Origin: Mobula hypostoma
Lineage: Eukaryota
Assembly (NCBI RefSeq): GCF_963921235.1
Contig: NC_086107.1
Location: 110,920,001-110,984,000 of the forward strand
DNA length: 64,000 nt
Direction of reading: 5' to 3'
Shown piece after piece: positions 50,690 through 63,169 of the stretch (its first letter is position 1; each line of letters opens with the position of its first letter). The notes under the pieces are model-generated. The model did not search any database. It saw nothing but the letters and a program-made list of their open reading frames with translations, and had not been told where the DNA came from. The translations under genes were made by a program, and so were the position numbers.

Positions 50690-52316
50690 TGATGACGGTG
50701 AGGACAATATGAGTGAGGTTGATGTTCTGGAGCAAGCTGATATTAAGGGAGAGGAGGTGTCGGAGTTGGTAAAATACATTAGGACAGATAAGTCCCCGGG
50801 GCCTGACGGAATATTCCCCAGGCTGCTCCACAAGGCGAGAGAAGAGATTGCTGAGCCTCTGGCTAGGAACTTTATGTCCTCGTTGTCTACAGGAATGGTA
50901 CCGGAGGATTGGAGGGAGGCGAATGTTGTCCCTTTGTTCAAAAAAGGTAGTTGGGATAGTCCGAGTAATTATAGACCAGTGAGCCTTACGTCTGTGGTGG
51001 GAAAGCTGTTGGAAAAAATTCTTTAGAGATAGGATCTATGGGCATTTAGAGAATCATGGTCTGATCAGGGACAGTCAGCATGGCTTTGTGAAGAGCAGAT
51101 CGTGTCTAACAAGCCTGATGGAGTTCTTTGAGGAGGTGACCAGGCATATAGATGAGGGTAGTGTAGTGGATGTGATCTACATGGATTTTAGTAAGGCATT
51201 TGACAAGGTTCCACACGGTAGGCTTATTCGGAAAGTCAGAAGGCATGGGATCCAGGGAAATTTGGCCAGGTGGATTCAGAATTGGCTTGCCTGCAGAAGG
51301 CAGAGGGTCGTGGTTGAGGGAGTACATGCGGATTGGAGGGCTGTGACTAGTGGTGTCCCACAAGGATCGGTTCTGGGACCTTTACTTTTCATGATTTTTA
51401 TTAACGACCTAGATGTGGGGGTGGAAGGTGGGTTGGCAAGTTTGCAGACGATACAAAGGTTGGTGATGTTGTAGATAGTGTAGAGGATTGTCGAAGATTG
51501 CAGAGAGACATTGACAAGATGCAGAAGTGGGCTGAGAAATGACAGATGGAGTTCAACCTGGAGAAGTGTGAGGTGGTACACTTTGGAAGGACAAACTCCA
51601 AGGCAGAGTACAAAGTAAATGGCAGGATACTTGGTAGTGTGGAGGAGCAGAGGGATCTGGGGGTACATGTCCACAGATCCCTGAAAGTTGCCTCACAGGT
51701 GGACAGGGTAGTTAAGAAAGCTTATGGGGTGTTAGCTTTCATAAGTCGAGGGATAGAGTTTAAGAGTCGTGAGGTAATGATGCAGTTCTATAAAACTCTG
51801 GTTAGGCCACACTTGGAGTACTGTGTCCAGTTCTGGTTGCCTCACTATAGGAAGGATGTGGAAGCATTGGAAAGGGTATAGAGGAGATTTACCAGGATGC
51901 TGTCCGGTTTAGAGAGTATGGATTATGATCAGAGATTAAGGGAGCTAGGGCTTTACTCTTTGGAGAGAAGGAGGATGAGAGGAGACATGAAGTACACAAG
52001 ATATTAAGAGGAATAGATAGAGTGGACAGCCAGCGCCTCTTCCCCAGGGCACCACTGCTTAGTACAAGAGGACATGGCTTTAAGGTAAGGGGTGGGAAGT
52101 TCAAGGGGGATATTAGAGGAAGGTTTTTTTACTCAGAGAGTGGTTGGTGCGTGGAATGCCCTGTCTGAGTCAGTGGTGGAGGCAGATACACTAGTGAAAT
52201 TTAAGACAGGTATATGGAGGAATTTAAGGTGGGGGGTTATATAGGAGGCAGGGTTTGAGGGTCAGCACAACATTGTGGGCTGAAGGGCCTGTACTGTGCT
52301 GTACTGTTCTATGTTC
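50690..52316 (+). mobile_element. CR1 LINE, 5'-truncated (RT domain to 3' end), few disruptions
   Basis: [51 protein letters not shown]. Confidence 0.96.
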
Positions 52317-52774
52317 CAAGTTCTAAATTGCCTTTTAAAGTTGACTAACAGTAAGTTGGCTAACCAGAGTTTGGAGCTGTCATGTTGTACAGATTCAACC
52401 TTTGGAATGTGTGGCCGTGAGGCACCCTGTAGCATTTAGAGGAGTTGATTTTAACCTTGCTGACTGGCTCCACGTTGCTAAAAGCACAAAGTTATATTTT
52501 CTCCCAAAGATTGCAATAACTTAACTCCCAAGGCACAGATTACGTAAATATTAGTCCGAATCAGAATCAGAATCAGGTTTATTGTCAGTGACATGCGTTA
52601 TGATATTTATTGTTTTGGTGGCAGCAGTGTAGTGGAAGACAGCAATGCAGTACAAGACCAGAAATGTTAATTACAATAAAAGTGAAATGAATTAGTAGTG
52701 AGGTAGCATTCTGGGTTCATGGATCATTCAGAAATCTGATGGGAGGCGGGAAGAAGCTGTTCCTGAAATGTTGA

Positions 52775-53122
52775 GCAACATACATCAAAGTTGCTGGTGA
52801 ACGCAGCAGGCCAGGCAGCATCTCTAGGAAGAGGTACAGTTGACATTTCGGGCCGAGTCCCTTTGTCAGGACTAACTGAAGGAAGAGCTAGTAAGAGATT
52901 TGAAAGTGGGACGGGGGGGAGATCCGAAATGATAGGAGAAGACAGACCCTTCCTAGAGAATCTCTTACCAGCTCTTCTTTCAGTTAGTCCTGACGAAGGG
53001 TCTCGGCCTGAAACGTCGACTGTACCTCTTCCTAGAGATGCTGCCTGGCCTGCTGCGTTCACCAGCAACTTTTCTGTGTGTTGCTTGAAATTCCAGCATC
53101 TGCAGATTTCCTCGTGTTTGCA
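52775..53122. mobile_element. Fold-back Penelope pLTR insertion within a LINE tail
   Basis: ~125-bp inverted arms; diverged TSD tcctgaaatgttgagc (52761-52776) / tcctgaagcgctgagc (53123-53138). Confidence 0.88.
52985..53022 (+). ncRNA. Minimal hammerhead ribozyme motif, core intact
   Basis: tagtc-CTGACGA-agg-gtctcgg-cct-GAAA-cg-TC-gactg. Confidence 0.8.
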
Positions 53123-54561
53123 TCCTGAAGCGCTGAGCGTAGGTACCTCCTTCAGCATCAGAAACAGAATTGGGTTTAATATCACCGGCATGTATCATGA
53201 AATTTGTTGTTTCTGCGACAGCAGCTAAATACAATACATTGTAGTAGAAAAAAACGTGAATTACAGTAAAAAAAAATATATATAACATAGTTAAAAATAG
53301 TGAAGTAGTGTTCATGGGTTCAATGTTCATTGTGGAATCAGATGGCAGAGGGGAAGAAACTGTTCCTGAATCATTGTCATAGTCATAGTCATACTTTATT
53401 GATCCCGGGGGAAACTGGTTTTCGTTACAGTTGCACCATAAATAATAAATAGTAATAACACCATAAATAGTTAAATAGTAATATGTAAATTATGCCAGGA
53501 AATAAGTCCAGGACCAGCCTATTGGCTCAGGGTGTCTGACCCTCCAAGGGAGGAGTTGTAAAGTTTGATGGCCACAGGCAGGAATGACTTCCTATGACGC
53601 TCTGTGCTGCATCTCGGTGGAATGAGTCTCTGGCTGAATGTACTCCTGTGCCCAACCAATACATTATGTAGTGGATGGGAGGCATTGTCCAAGATGGCAT
53701 GCAACTTGGACAGCATCCTCTTTTCAGACACCACCGTCAGAGAGTCCAGTTCCATCCCCACGACATCACTGGCCTTACGAATGAGTTTGCTGATTCTGTT
53801 GGTGTCTGCTACCCTCAGCCTGCTGCCCCAGCACACAACAGCAAACATGATAGCACTGGCCACCACAGACTCGTAGAACATCCTCAGCAGCGTCTGGCAG
53901 ATGTTAAAGGACCTCAGTCTCCTTAGGAAATAGAGGTGGCTCTGACCCTTCTTGTAGACAGCCTCAGTGTTCTTTGACCAGTCCAGTTTATTGTCAATAA
54001 TATTGAGTTTGTGTCTTCAGGCTTCTGTACCTCGTTCCTGATGGTAGCAATGAGAAGAGGGTATGTCCCAGATGGGGCGGGTCATGAAATCTTCCTGTGC
54101 CCAGTTGTACCCCAATGGTTATCTAGTCTGAACCACAAACATCTTCCTTCCCTTGCCCCAGGACCTATGCATCTCAGCATATACAGTGAAAAATTGGTTA
54201 TGAATTAATAGTGACTTCCTCCTCGATTATCATGTGCATTTGAATGAGTGGCTCCTCTGGGCATATCGCTGCTCAGTGTGGGTTCAAAGTTTAATGGGGT
54301 TACTTAGTCATGGATTTCAGTCAATGCAAGTTAATGGAATCATATATTATCCGCATTACTCATCAAAAATCAAGAATTTTTTTCTTGGTTCATCTAACTA
54401 TTAATGTACATGAACAGATTAGTTTGGTATCCTATTTCTTAATGTATTGCCAATATAATATTCAGTTTACTACAATCCATGTCATATTGCATTTGTGTTA
54501 ACCTTCTTGCTTGTTGGGTTGTCTAAAATAAACTTTCCCTTCATTCATTAAGTTTACTTAC

Positions 54562-54595
54562 CACTGCATTGCACCCTCTTGTCACAAGGTACTTA
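54562..54595 (-). CDS. Putative coding exon (34 nt, phase 2->0): KYLVTRGCNAV
   Basis: Acceptor tattttcccattcatacag|, donor GTG|gtaagt. The other two frames contain stops. Confidence 0.7.
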
Positions 54596-56667
54596 CTGTA
54601 TGAATGGGAAAATACGATTTCAAAATTCAAAGTAAATTTATTATCAAAGTACATATATGTCACCATATACAACCCTGAGATTCATTTTCTTGTGGGCATT
54701 CACAGTAAATACAAGAAACACAATAGAATCAATGAAACACCGCTCGCCTCAGGACGGACAGACAACCAATGTGCAAAAGACAACAATGTGTGCAAATACA
54801 AAAAGAAAAAAAAAACTTACTTATAGCCTGTTACGCCGCTGGCGTTTAAGACAGCAATGAAGATGCTCCATCTCTGTCTGTTCATACAGCCACTCACAGA
54901 TATAGAAGGATTTTTCATTGCTGCCTCTATAACAACTTTGTTGTACCAGTCAGGGTTGTTGGCCCTGAGCTGAATTCCTGAACCTGGAGGACCGGTGGAC
55001 TACTCTTAGTCTGACCTCTACCCTTTGACCTGTTTGGCATGGGTGATCCTACCAAGAGCCAAAGCACAAGGCCCTGACTCCAGCCAACATAGCTCTTCGA
55101 AACATTGAGGCATGCAAGACTCCAAACCCTATGCTCAGTTAGCTGAAGTTTCATGGAAGTAGTTAAAAGATCTACAAAAAGATGAGCTACCATTTAACAG
55201 AGTAACAAATTATGTATTTAGATAAAGAACAAATTCAGATTCTACTACAATATGAAAGTGTGTATTAGTTCCTAATACAGTCGTTATCGACAGCTGCCCT
55301 GTCCTTTTGATTGACTGTAAATGAACAAAATCACTGCAGATAATGGACTGCCTTCATTGCCTTCCTGCAGAAAATCAAAATGCTCAAAACTCACAGCTTT
55401 TTGAATCAGTATTCGTCGGCCCAAATGGATAACATAGCATAAGCACATGCAAATAACGCTATTTAAAAATTTTTCACTCTGTAGTTTCTAGCGGCCACAT
55501 GCGACTGACGCTAGTTAAAATCTGTTTGCCCCTTCCCACCCAAGCAAATAAATAATAAACAGAGGAAATCCTGACTAATTTCTCAATTATTTTTCACTCT
55601 TTATGAGCTGTCCCAAAGAAGCGACCGTCCCAATTAACAGACGGCCCAATCAACTGACATCCACTGTTAATAGGTAGATGAGGAGCATTAGTGAAATGGG
55701 TCACATGACCAACCCAACAGCTACAAGTTTAATCTAACGTGTTACCAAGATGCATCCTCTAGTTTCAGAGAGTATATAATTCCCCAGTAGTCTGTCGCAA
55801 TAGTCCAAAGCAATTAATGGAGGTAATATATTTCTTCCCTGTGTTGGCATACCCTGCAACCTCAGCAGATTTCTTATTGGGCAAAGTGTTACTTTTATGC
55901 AGCTTCTCTCTTTAATGTATGTTAATACGCTGCAAGAATTCACTTTGTGGCCTTGTTATGTTCGATTATGTAATTAAGTTGTTGATGTGGAGTCACTCTA
56001 TCAATCTACTTGTCATCGTACCACAGACCTTTACGCATAGTAGGATGCGGTTGTAATAATGCATCTTTTAACGTCAGTGGGATTATTTACCCTGGGTTGT
56101 CACCTGACTCAATATCACCACATAAGTAGTCCGTGCCTGGACCAGCAGATTCAAAAACTTTCCTGAAACACCCACTAACCCACCCGTCCACTCCCCCAAA
56201 GACTCGTCAGTCACCTTGTGCATAGACACTCCTGGGCCTAGAATCACTTTATGGACATTCAATGAATGTATGTATGTATAAGCTATCTTATGTGTGTATT
56301 CATATTTATTGTGTTCCTTATCCTATTGTGTGGTTTTATGTGCTGTATCAGATCCAGAATAACAATTATTTTGTTCTCCTTCACACGTGTGCTGGAAGTG
56401 ACATTAAATAATCTTGAAAAAGATGGAGACTTGCATTTTTTTCATTGTGTGTTGACACAAGTTGCTCAGTAACTTTAGAAAGTTCTTAATTCTACATTGC
56501 AGCAACGTAGACCATGGCGCACAATGAAACCTTCCCATGTTGTACCTATTGGAGAAGCATCTTGCCATTTCTCACGCAACGCCATTAAACCTCTGAGCTT
56601 GCTAATTGTAGTCGGTTGTCATATCTGCAGTGTGTCCCTGTGTGTTTACTCATTGTGGGGACGTGTT

Positions 56668-56841
56668 TCTATGCCATCACCAAAATGTGCTTCTATGACA
56701 TCACCAAAATGTGCTTCTGTGACATCATCAAAATGTGCTTCTGTGACATCACCAAAATGTGCTTCTGTGACATCACCAAAATGTACTTCTGTGACATCAC
56801 CAAAATGTGCTTCTGTGACATCACCAAAATGTGCCTCTGTA
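56668..56841. repeat. 24-bp minisatellite (gtgacatcaccaaaatgtgcttct), continuing at 59797-59975
   Basis: About 7 units here; further degenerate units follow the LINE/Penelope insertion. Confidence 0.92.
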
Positions 56842-57240
56842 ATAGTCACAGTCATAGTCATACTTTATTGATCCCAGGGAAATTAGTTTTCATTACAGTT
56901 GCACCATAAATAACAAATAGTAATAGAACCATAAATAGTTGAATAGTAATATGTAAATTATACCAGTAAATTATGGCTCAGGGTGTCTGACCCTCCAAGG
57001 GAGGAGTTGTAAAGTTTGATGGCCACAGGCAGGAATGACTTCCTATGACGCATCTCGTTGGAATGAGTCTCTGGCTGAATGTACTCCTGTGCCCCACCAG
57101 TACATTATGTAGAGGATGGGAGACATTGTCCAAGATGGCATGCAACTTGGACAGCATCCTCTTTTCAGACACCACCGTGAGAGAGTCCAGTTCCATCCCC
57201 ACAACATCACTGGCCTTAGGAATGAGTTTGTTTATTCTGT

Positions 57241-59268
57241 AGTCCTTACGAACCTCTACCTCACTGAGGCCAAACGGCAGCTCTCTGACACCTCCTCTTA
57301 CTTACCCCCGGAACAGGACCCCACCAAAAAACATCAAACCATTGTCTCCCGCACAATCACCGCCCTTATCAACTTCGGAGACCTTCCATCCTCAGCCGCT
57401 AATCTCATTATTCCACACCCCGTACCGCTCGGTTTTACCTCCTCCCAAAGATACACAAACCTGACTGTCCCGGTAGACCCATAGTTTCTGCCTGCTCCTG
57501 TCCCACCAAACTTGTATCTGCCTACCTGGACTCCATTTTGTCACCCATAGTTCAGTCCCTCCCCACCTACATCCGGGATACATCCCATGACCTCCACGTC
57601 TTCAATAACTTCAATTCCCCGGTCCCAACCACTACATTTTTACTATGGATGTCCAATCCTTATACACCTCCATTCCCCATCAAGAAGGCCACAAAGCCCT
57701 CCGCTACTTCCTGGATAATAGACCTCACCAGTTCCCCACCACCATTACCCTCCTCCGGTTGGCGGAACTGGTTCTCACACTTAATAACTTCTCTTTTGGC
57801 TCTTCCCACTTTCTTCAGACTAAAGGTGTAGCTATGGGAACTTGCATGGGACCCCGCTATGCCTGCCTCTTCGTTGGTTACATGGAACAGCCTGTGCTCC
57901 AAACCTATTCTGGTACTGCTCCCCAACTTTTCCTTCGATACATTGACGACTACATTGGTGCTGCTTCCTGCACCTATGCTGAGCTTGTCAATTTCCTCGA
58001 TTTTATTTCAAACTTCCACCCAGCCCTCAAATTCACTTGGTGTATCTCTGACACTTCTCTCCCCTTTCTCGATGTCTCGGTCTCCATCTCTGGAGACAGA
58101 CTGTCCACTGACACCTTCTACAAGCCCACTGACTCTCATAACTACCTCGACTATACCTCTTCCCACCCCCCCACATGCAAAAATGCCATTCCCTATTCCC
58201 AGTTCCTCCGTCTCCACCGCATCTGCTCCCAGGATGAGGTTTTCCGTTCCAGGACATCTCAAATGTCCTCTTTCTTTAAGGATCGTGGTTTCCCTTCTAC
58301 GGTGATCAATGATGCCCTCACCCGCATCTCCTCCATTTCCCGCACTTCGGCCCTCACCCCATCTTCCTGCCACCACAACAGGGAGAGAGTTCCCCTTGTC
58401 CTCACCTACCACCCCACCAGCCTCCGGATCCAGCACGTTATCCTCCGCAACTTCCGCCACCTTCAACAGGACCCCATATCTTTCCCTCTCCACCCCTCTC
58501 CACTTTCCGCAGGAACCGATCCCTCCGCGACTCCCTTATCCACACGTCCATCCCCACGGATCTCCCACCCGGCACTTATCCCTGTAAGCGTAAGTGCTAC
58601 ACTTGTCCCTACACCTCCTCTCTTGCCACCATTCAGGACCCCAAACAGTCCTTCCAGGTGAGGCAACACTTCACTTGTGAGTCTGTTGGGGTCATCTATT
58701 GCATCCGGTGCTCCCGGTGCGGCCTCCTCTACATTGGTGAAACCCGACGCAGATTGGGGGATCGCTTTGTCGAGCACCTCCACTCCGTCCGCCGCAACAG
58801 ACAGGATCTCCCGGTAGCCACCCACTTCAACTCTGCTTCCCATTCCCATTCAGATGTGTCCATACATGGCCTCCTCTACTGCCATGATGAGGCTAAACTC
58901 AGGTTGGAGGAGCAACACCTCATATATTGTCTAGGTAGTCTCCAGCCCCTTGGTATGAACATAGAATTCTCCAACCGGTAATTCCCTCCCCCTCCCTTCC
59001 TCTATCCCTATTTCACATCACCTCCCTCATAGCTCCGCCTCCTTCTACTACTTCGCATTGTTCTCCTGCCAATCACCTCCCTGCTTCCCCTCCCCCATCC
59101 CTTTGTCTTTAAAATTACTGTTTTTTTCAACTACCAGCATTCTTCAAACCCTCCCCAAAGTTCTTCCTTCAGTCCTGACTAAGGGTTTCGGCCCGAAACG
59201 TCGACTAGTCTTTTCAACTGATGCTGACTGACCTGCTGAGTTCCTCCAGCGCATTGTGAGTGTTGTTG
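57241..59268 (+). mobile_element. Penelope-like element, 5'-truncated: RT + GIY-YIG endonuclease + 3' pLTR
   Basis: DVQSLYTSIP, QTKGVAMG, FLRYIDD, FYKPTDSHNYL; GVIYCIRCSRCGLLYIGETRRRL. Frameshifted. pLTR hammerhead at ~59170-59206 has a core mutation (CTGACTA). TSD ttgtt(t/g)attctgt at 57228-57240 / 59269-59281. Confidence 0.95.
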
Positions 59269-59984
59269 TTGTTGATTCTGTTGGTGTTTGCTACCCTCAG
59301 CCTGCTGCCCCAGCACACAACAGCAAACATGATAGTACTGGCCACCACAGACTCGTAGAACATCCTCAGCATCGTCCGGCAGATGTTAAAGGACCTCAGT
59401 CTCCTCAGGAAATAGAGACGGCTCTGTCCCTTCTTGTAGACAGCCTCAGTGTTCTTTGACCAGTCCAGTTTATTGTCAATTCGTATCCCCAGGTATTTGT
59501 AATCCTCCACCATGTCCACACTGACCCCCTGGATGGAAACAGGGGTCACCGGTACCTTAGCTCTCCTCAGGTTTACCACCAGCTCCTTAGTCTTTTTCAC
59601 ATTAAGCTGCAGATAATTCTGCTCACACCATGTGACAAAGTTTCCTACCGTAGCCCTGTACTCAGCCTCATCTCCCTTGCTGATGCATCCAACTATGGCA
59701 GAGTCATCAGAAAACTTCTGAAGGTGACAAGACTTTGTGCAGTAGTTGAAGTCCGAGGTGTAAATGGTGAAGAGAAAGGGAGACAAGACATATGAACAAA
59801 ATGTGCTTCTATGATATCATCAAAATGTGTTTCTGTGACATCACCAAAATGTGCCTCTGTAACATCACCAAAATCAGTTGCCATATCCACAAATGTCCCC
59901 ATATGTTCACTCATTTTGGTAAGGTACTTCTGTGACATCATTAAAATGTGTTTCTGTGACATCACCAAAATCAGTTGCTATGTT

Positions 59985-60202
59985 TGTTGTGCTTTTAATA
60001 TTTCAATAATATCTGAGTAATTTTGTTTAAGCATTTTTCTTTGTTTAATAATTAAGGATTATATGTAAAATACATTAATTGCATATGTTATCACTCTACC
60101 ACCCGACACGTGCGCTTTGCTTAAAGTAAACTTGACTAAACCCATATTTTCGGACTGCCGTGAGTTTCTTAGAATTAATTTAATGTTTTGAAGTTACAAA
60201 AT
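59985..60202 (+). mobile_element. Solo LTR related to the Gypsy LTR at 24161-24398
   Basis: Similar to the reverse complement of 24161-24398 at both ends (tgttgt..tttaata; tgttttg..gttacaaaa). Confidence 0.7.
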
Positions 60203-60447
60203 CCATGGTGTATCCCATATGTTTACACATTTTGGTGATGAGCCTGTGTGAAAAAGATCCATTGTCTAGGTACTTTCCCTTATTGGAGGTGCTTCAGGTT
60301 CCAATCGGTCCCAGTCCCGTAAAACATACTGTTGTGACTCACCCAGGATTTATTTACTTAGTAAATGCAATGCTACGATTGTCTGTTTGGCCTAATTTTC
60401 ATGCATTTTTGTCTCCTTACGACAGTGTGTTCTACCTGCAGACATAC

Positions 60448-60508
60448 TGTCTCTTTGAAGGACGCACAGAGCTGTTATGTTTGCAGATAGAAGACATTGT
60501 TATGGCAA
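60448..60508 (-). CDS. Putative coding exon (61 nt, phase 1->2) of an unrecognised minus-strand gene: xAITMSSICKHNSSVRPSKR(H)
   Basis: Acceptor tgtgtttttttccccaag|, donor ACA|gtatgt. Only one frame is open and it matches the next exon's phase. Confidence 0.65.
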
Positions 60509-60647
60509 CTTGGGGAAAAAAACACAGGATCACACCAAGAAAATATTGAGTTATGTGACAAAGCAGGGTAAAAAGATAATTATAATGATTTTAGAGGATG
60601 ATGCATTGTTATAATAAGAGCCTTCTATGCACGACATGCTTACATTC

Positions 60648-60960
60648 TGACCGGTGGTGAAGTGGCTCTGGACTTTCAGGCGAACGGTCCCAAGTTCTAG
60701 CTGCCTCCTTGCACGCTTTCCATCCGTGCTGGGCTGAGTGTTGAGCTAGCAAACCAGCCTCATCAAAAGCAGACAAATGCTACGGAAACGGCAAAAATCC
60801 CACCTGAGGCGCAAACCAGCCTCATCAAAAGCAGACAAATGCTACGGAAACGGCAAAAATCCCGCCTGAGGCGCAAACCAGCCTCATCAAAAGCAGACAA
60901 ATGCTACGGAAACGGCAAAAATCCCGCCTGAGGCGCAACAAGGTGCGAAAAGGAACGACA
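60648..60960 (+). mobile_element. SINE with internal 62-bp tandem triplication (60749-60937)
   Basis: Units start at 60749, 60811 and 60873; acatgcttaca duplicated on both flanks. Confidence 0.7.
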
Positions 60961-60994
60961 ACATGCTTACACGTCCATGTTACTGCAACAAATG

Positions 60995-61533
60995 TGCTTT
61001 ATTAGGTACCTCACATACTTAATATAGTGGCTACTGAGAGTATGTTCGAGGTCTTCTGTTGCTGCAGCCCATCTACTGCTCAGTGTTCAGAAATGCTCTT
61101 CTGCACACCACTGTTGTAATGTGTGGTTAATTGAGTTACTGTCACCTTCCTGTTAGCTTGAACCTGTATGGCCAATCTCCACTGAACTCTCTCACTAACA
61201 AGCCATTTCCACCCACAGAGCTGCCCCTCACTGGATGTTTTTGTTTCTCGTGCTATTCTCTGCAAACTCTAGAGACTGTTGTGCGTGAAAATCCCAGGAG
61301 ACCAGCAGTTTCTGAGATACTCAAACCACCCTGTCAGGCGCCGACAATCATTCCGGGGTGAAAGTCACTTAGATGACATTTCTTCCCCATTCTGGTGTTT
61401 GATCTGAATAACAACTGAGCCCCTTGACCACGTCTGCATGTTTTTATGCGTTGAGTTGCTGCCACGTGATTGACTGATATTTGCAGTAATGAGCAGGTCT
61501 ATTGGTGTACCTAATAAAGTGGGTGATGAGTAC
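60995..61533 (-). mobile_element. Non-autonomous Tc1-like element
   Basis: Reverse complement of the 1515-2066 family. Confidence 0.85.
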
Positions 61534-61934
61534 AGATTGATATACTGAAGCTGGAAAGCATGTAAAAACGACGAATCAATTAAATAATTAAACAAAATTG
61601 GACTATAAAGTGAATTCTGGCAGCATATTAACACACAGTAAAGGGAGAAGCTCCATTTTACAACAGTTCTTTTTCCAACAGATTTTTATTCTGAATCACC
61701 TGTGTCAGATCCCTGTGCAAACCACTGCTGTTTGCACTCTTCCAGTCAGATACTTTAACATGTGATTGCACTTTGTTCCATTCTGTAAGTATGTTAAATC
61801 TGATTTTATAAGCTCTGTTGCTCAAATACTTCCCAGTGGGAAAGAGGCTGTATTTTGGATCATCCCTTTCTGTACTCGTCGTTGAAGGCACATGGACCAG
61901 AAATGTTCTAATTTGAGGATTTTAGAAATTCATC

Positions 61935-62710
61935 GCCTGTTTAATGCAAACGAGTGCAAAGTTTTGCACTCCGGTATGACCGACCAGGGTCAGTCTTACA
62001 CAGTGAACGGTAGGGCACTGAGGAGTGTGGTAGAACAAAGGGAATACAGAACCATAATTCATTGAAAGTGATATCATAGGAAGATAGGGTCGTAAAGAAA
62101 GCTTTGGGCATATTGGTCTTCATACATCAATGTACTGAGTACAGGAGATGGGATATTATGTTGAAATTGTGTATGACGTTGATGATGCCTAATTTAGAGT
62201 ATTGTGTGCAGTTTTGGTCACCTACCTGCAGGAGAGATGTAAATAAGGCTGAAAGAGTACAGAGAAAAGCTAAAGGATGTTGTCAGGACTGGAGGACCTG
62301 AGTTATTAGGAAAGATTGAATAGGTTAGGACTTTGTTTTTTAGAATATAGAAGACTGAGAGGAGATTTGGCATAATACAAAATTATAGATAGGGTAAATA
62401 CAAGCAGGCTTTTTCCACTGAGGTTGGGTGGGACTGAGGTCATGGGTTAAGGGTGAAAGGTGAAAGGTTGAAAGGGAAGTGAGGGGAAACTTCTTCACTC
62501 AGAGGGTCGTGAGAGTGTGAAACGAGCTGTCGTCACAAGTGGTGCATGCAAGTTCGATTTCAACGTTGAAGCAAAGTCTGAATAGGTACATGGATGGTAG
62601 GGGTATGGCGGGCTATGGTCCCGGTGCATGTCGATGGGAGTAGGCAGTTTAAATGGTTCGGAATGGACTAGATGGGTTGAAGGGCCTGTTTCTGTACTGT
62701 ACAGCTATCT
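61935..62710 (+). mobile_element. CR1 LINE 3' fragment
   Basis: PNLEYCVQFWSPT motif; sibling of 10523-11070. Confidence 0.88.
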
Positions 62711-63169
62711 GAGTATGTATTTCAAGTTTCAGACACACACATAATCATTGCCTGAATGTCGTTTCATTCCTGCAATTATTTTCCTTTGTTTGCTTCTCAC
62801 TGTCAGCTAGTTTGTCACATAGTCCCAGCAGGGAAATCGCTCCCCTAATTTTGCTTAATCTAATTAAATAGAATCTGCCCTCTAATCCTTCGATGCAATC
62901 GTTCCTTTCCAGAACTAAATTCTCAACTAATCTATCTGCCTTCTCCATCATTTCAAGATATCTCGTTCCCAGGAGTACTAATCCCTGGCCGCACCTGTCT
63001 CAGAGCCAGCTGCCCATCACGGTTATCATATCACTGTCCCACGTGGCCACTCACATCAGCTTTAACATCCACGCTTTGCCTTTTTGCACATGCAGACTCC
63101 AAATCAAGTCTTGCTGCGGCCCACTTTTTTGCACAATGCCTTCTGTTTCTGAACTCCCTTCTCAGGAGC

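Noticed and set aside
55853..55929. 77-nt minus-strand exon candidate (VLTYIKERSC...)
   Set aside because: The only open frame ends in phase 1, which is incompatible with the 54595 exon.
56497..56909. Repetitive ORFs (SPKCASVT)n / (CDITKMCF)n
   Set aside because: Translations of the 24-bp minisatellite with no splice or coding context.
57645..58981. Intact or domesticated RT gene
   Set aside because: 5'-truncated and frameshifted Penelope copy with TSD; ordinary TE.
61682..61784. Plus-strand exon-like segment with strong splice sites
   Set aside because: Stops in all frames and no partner exons identified.
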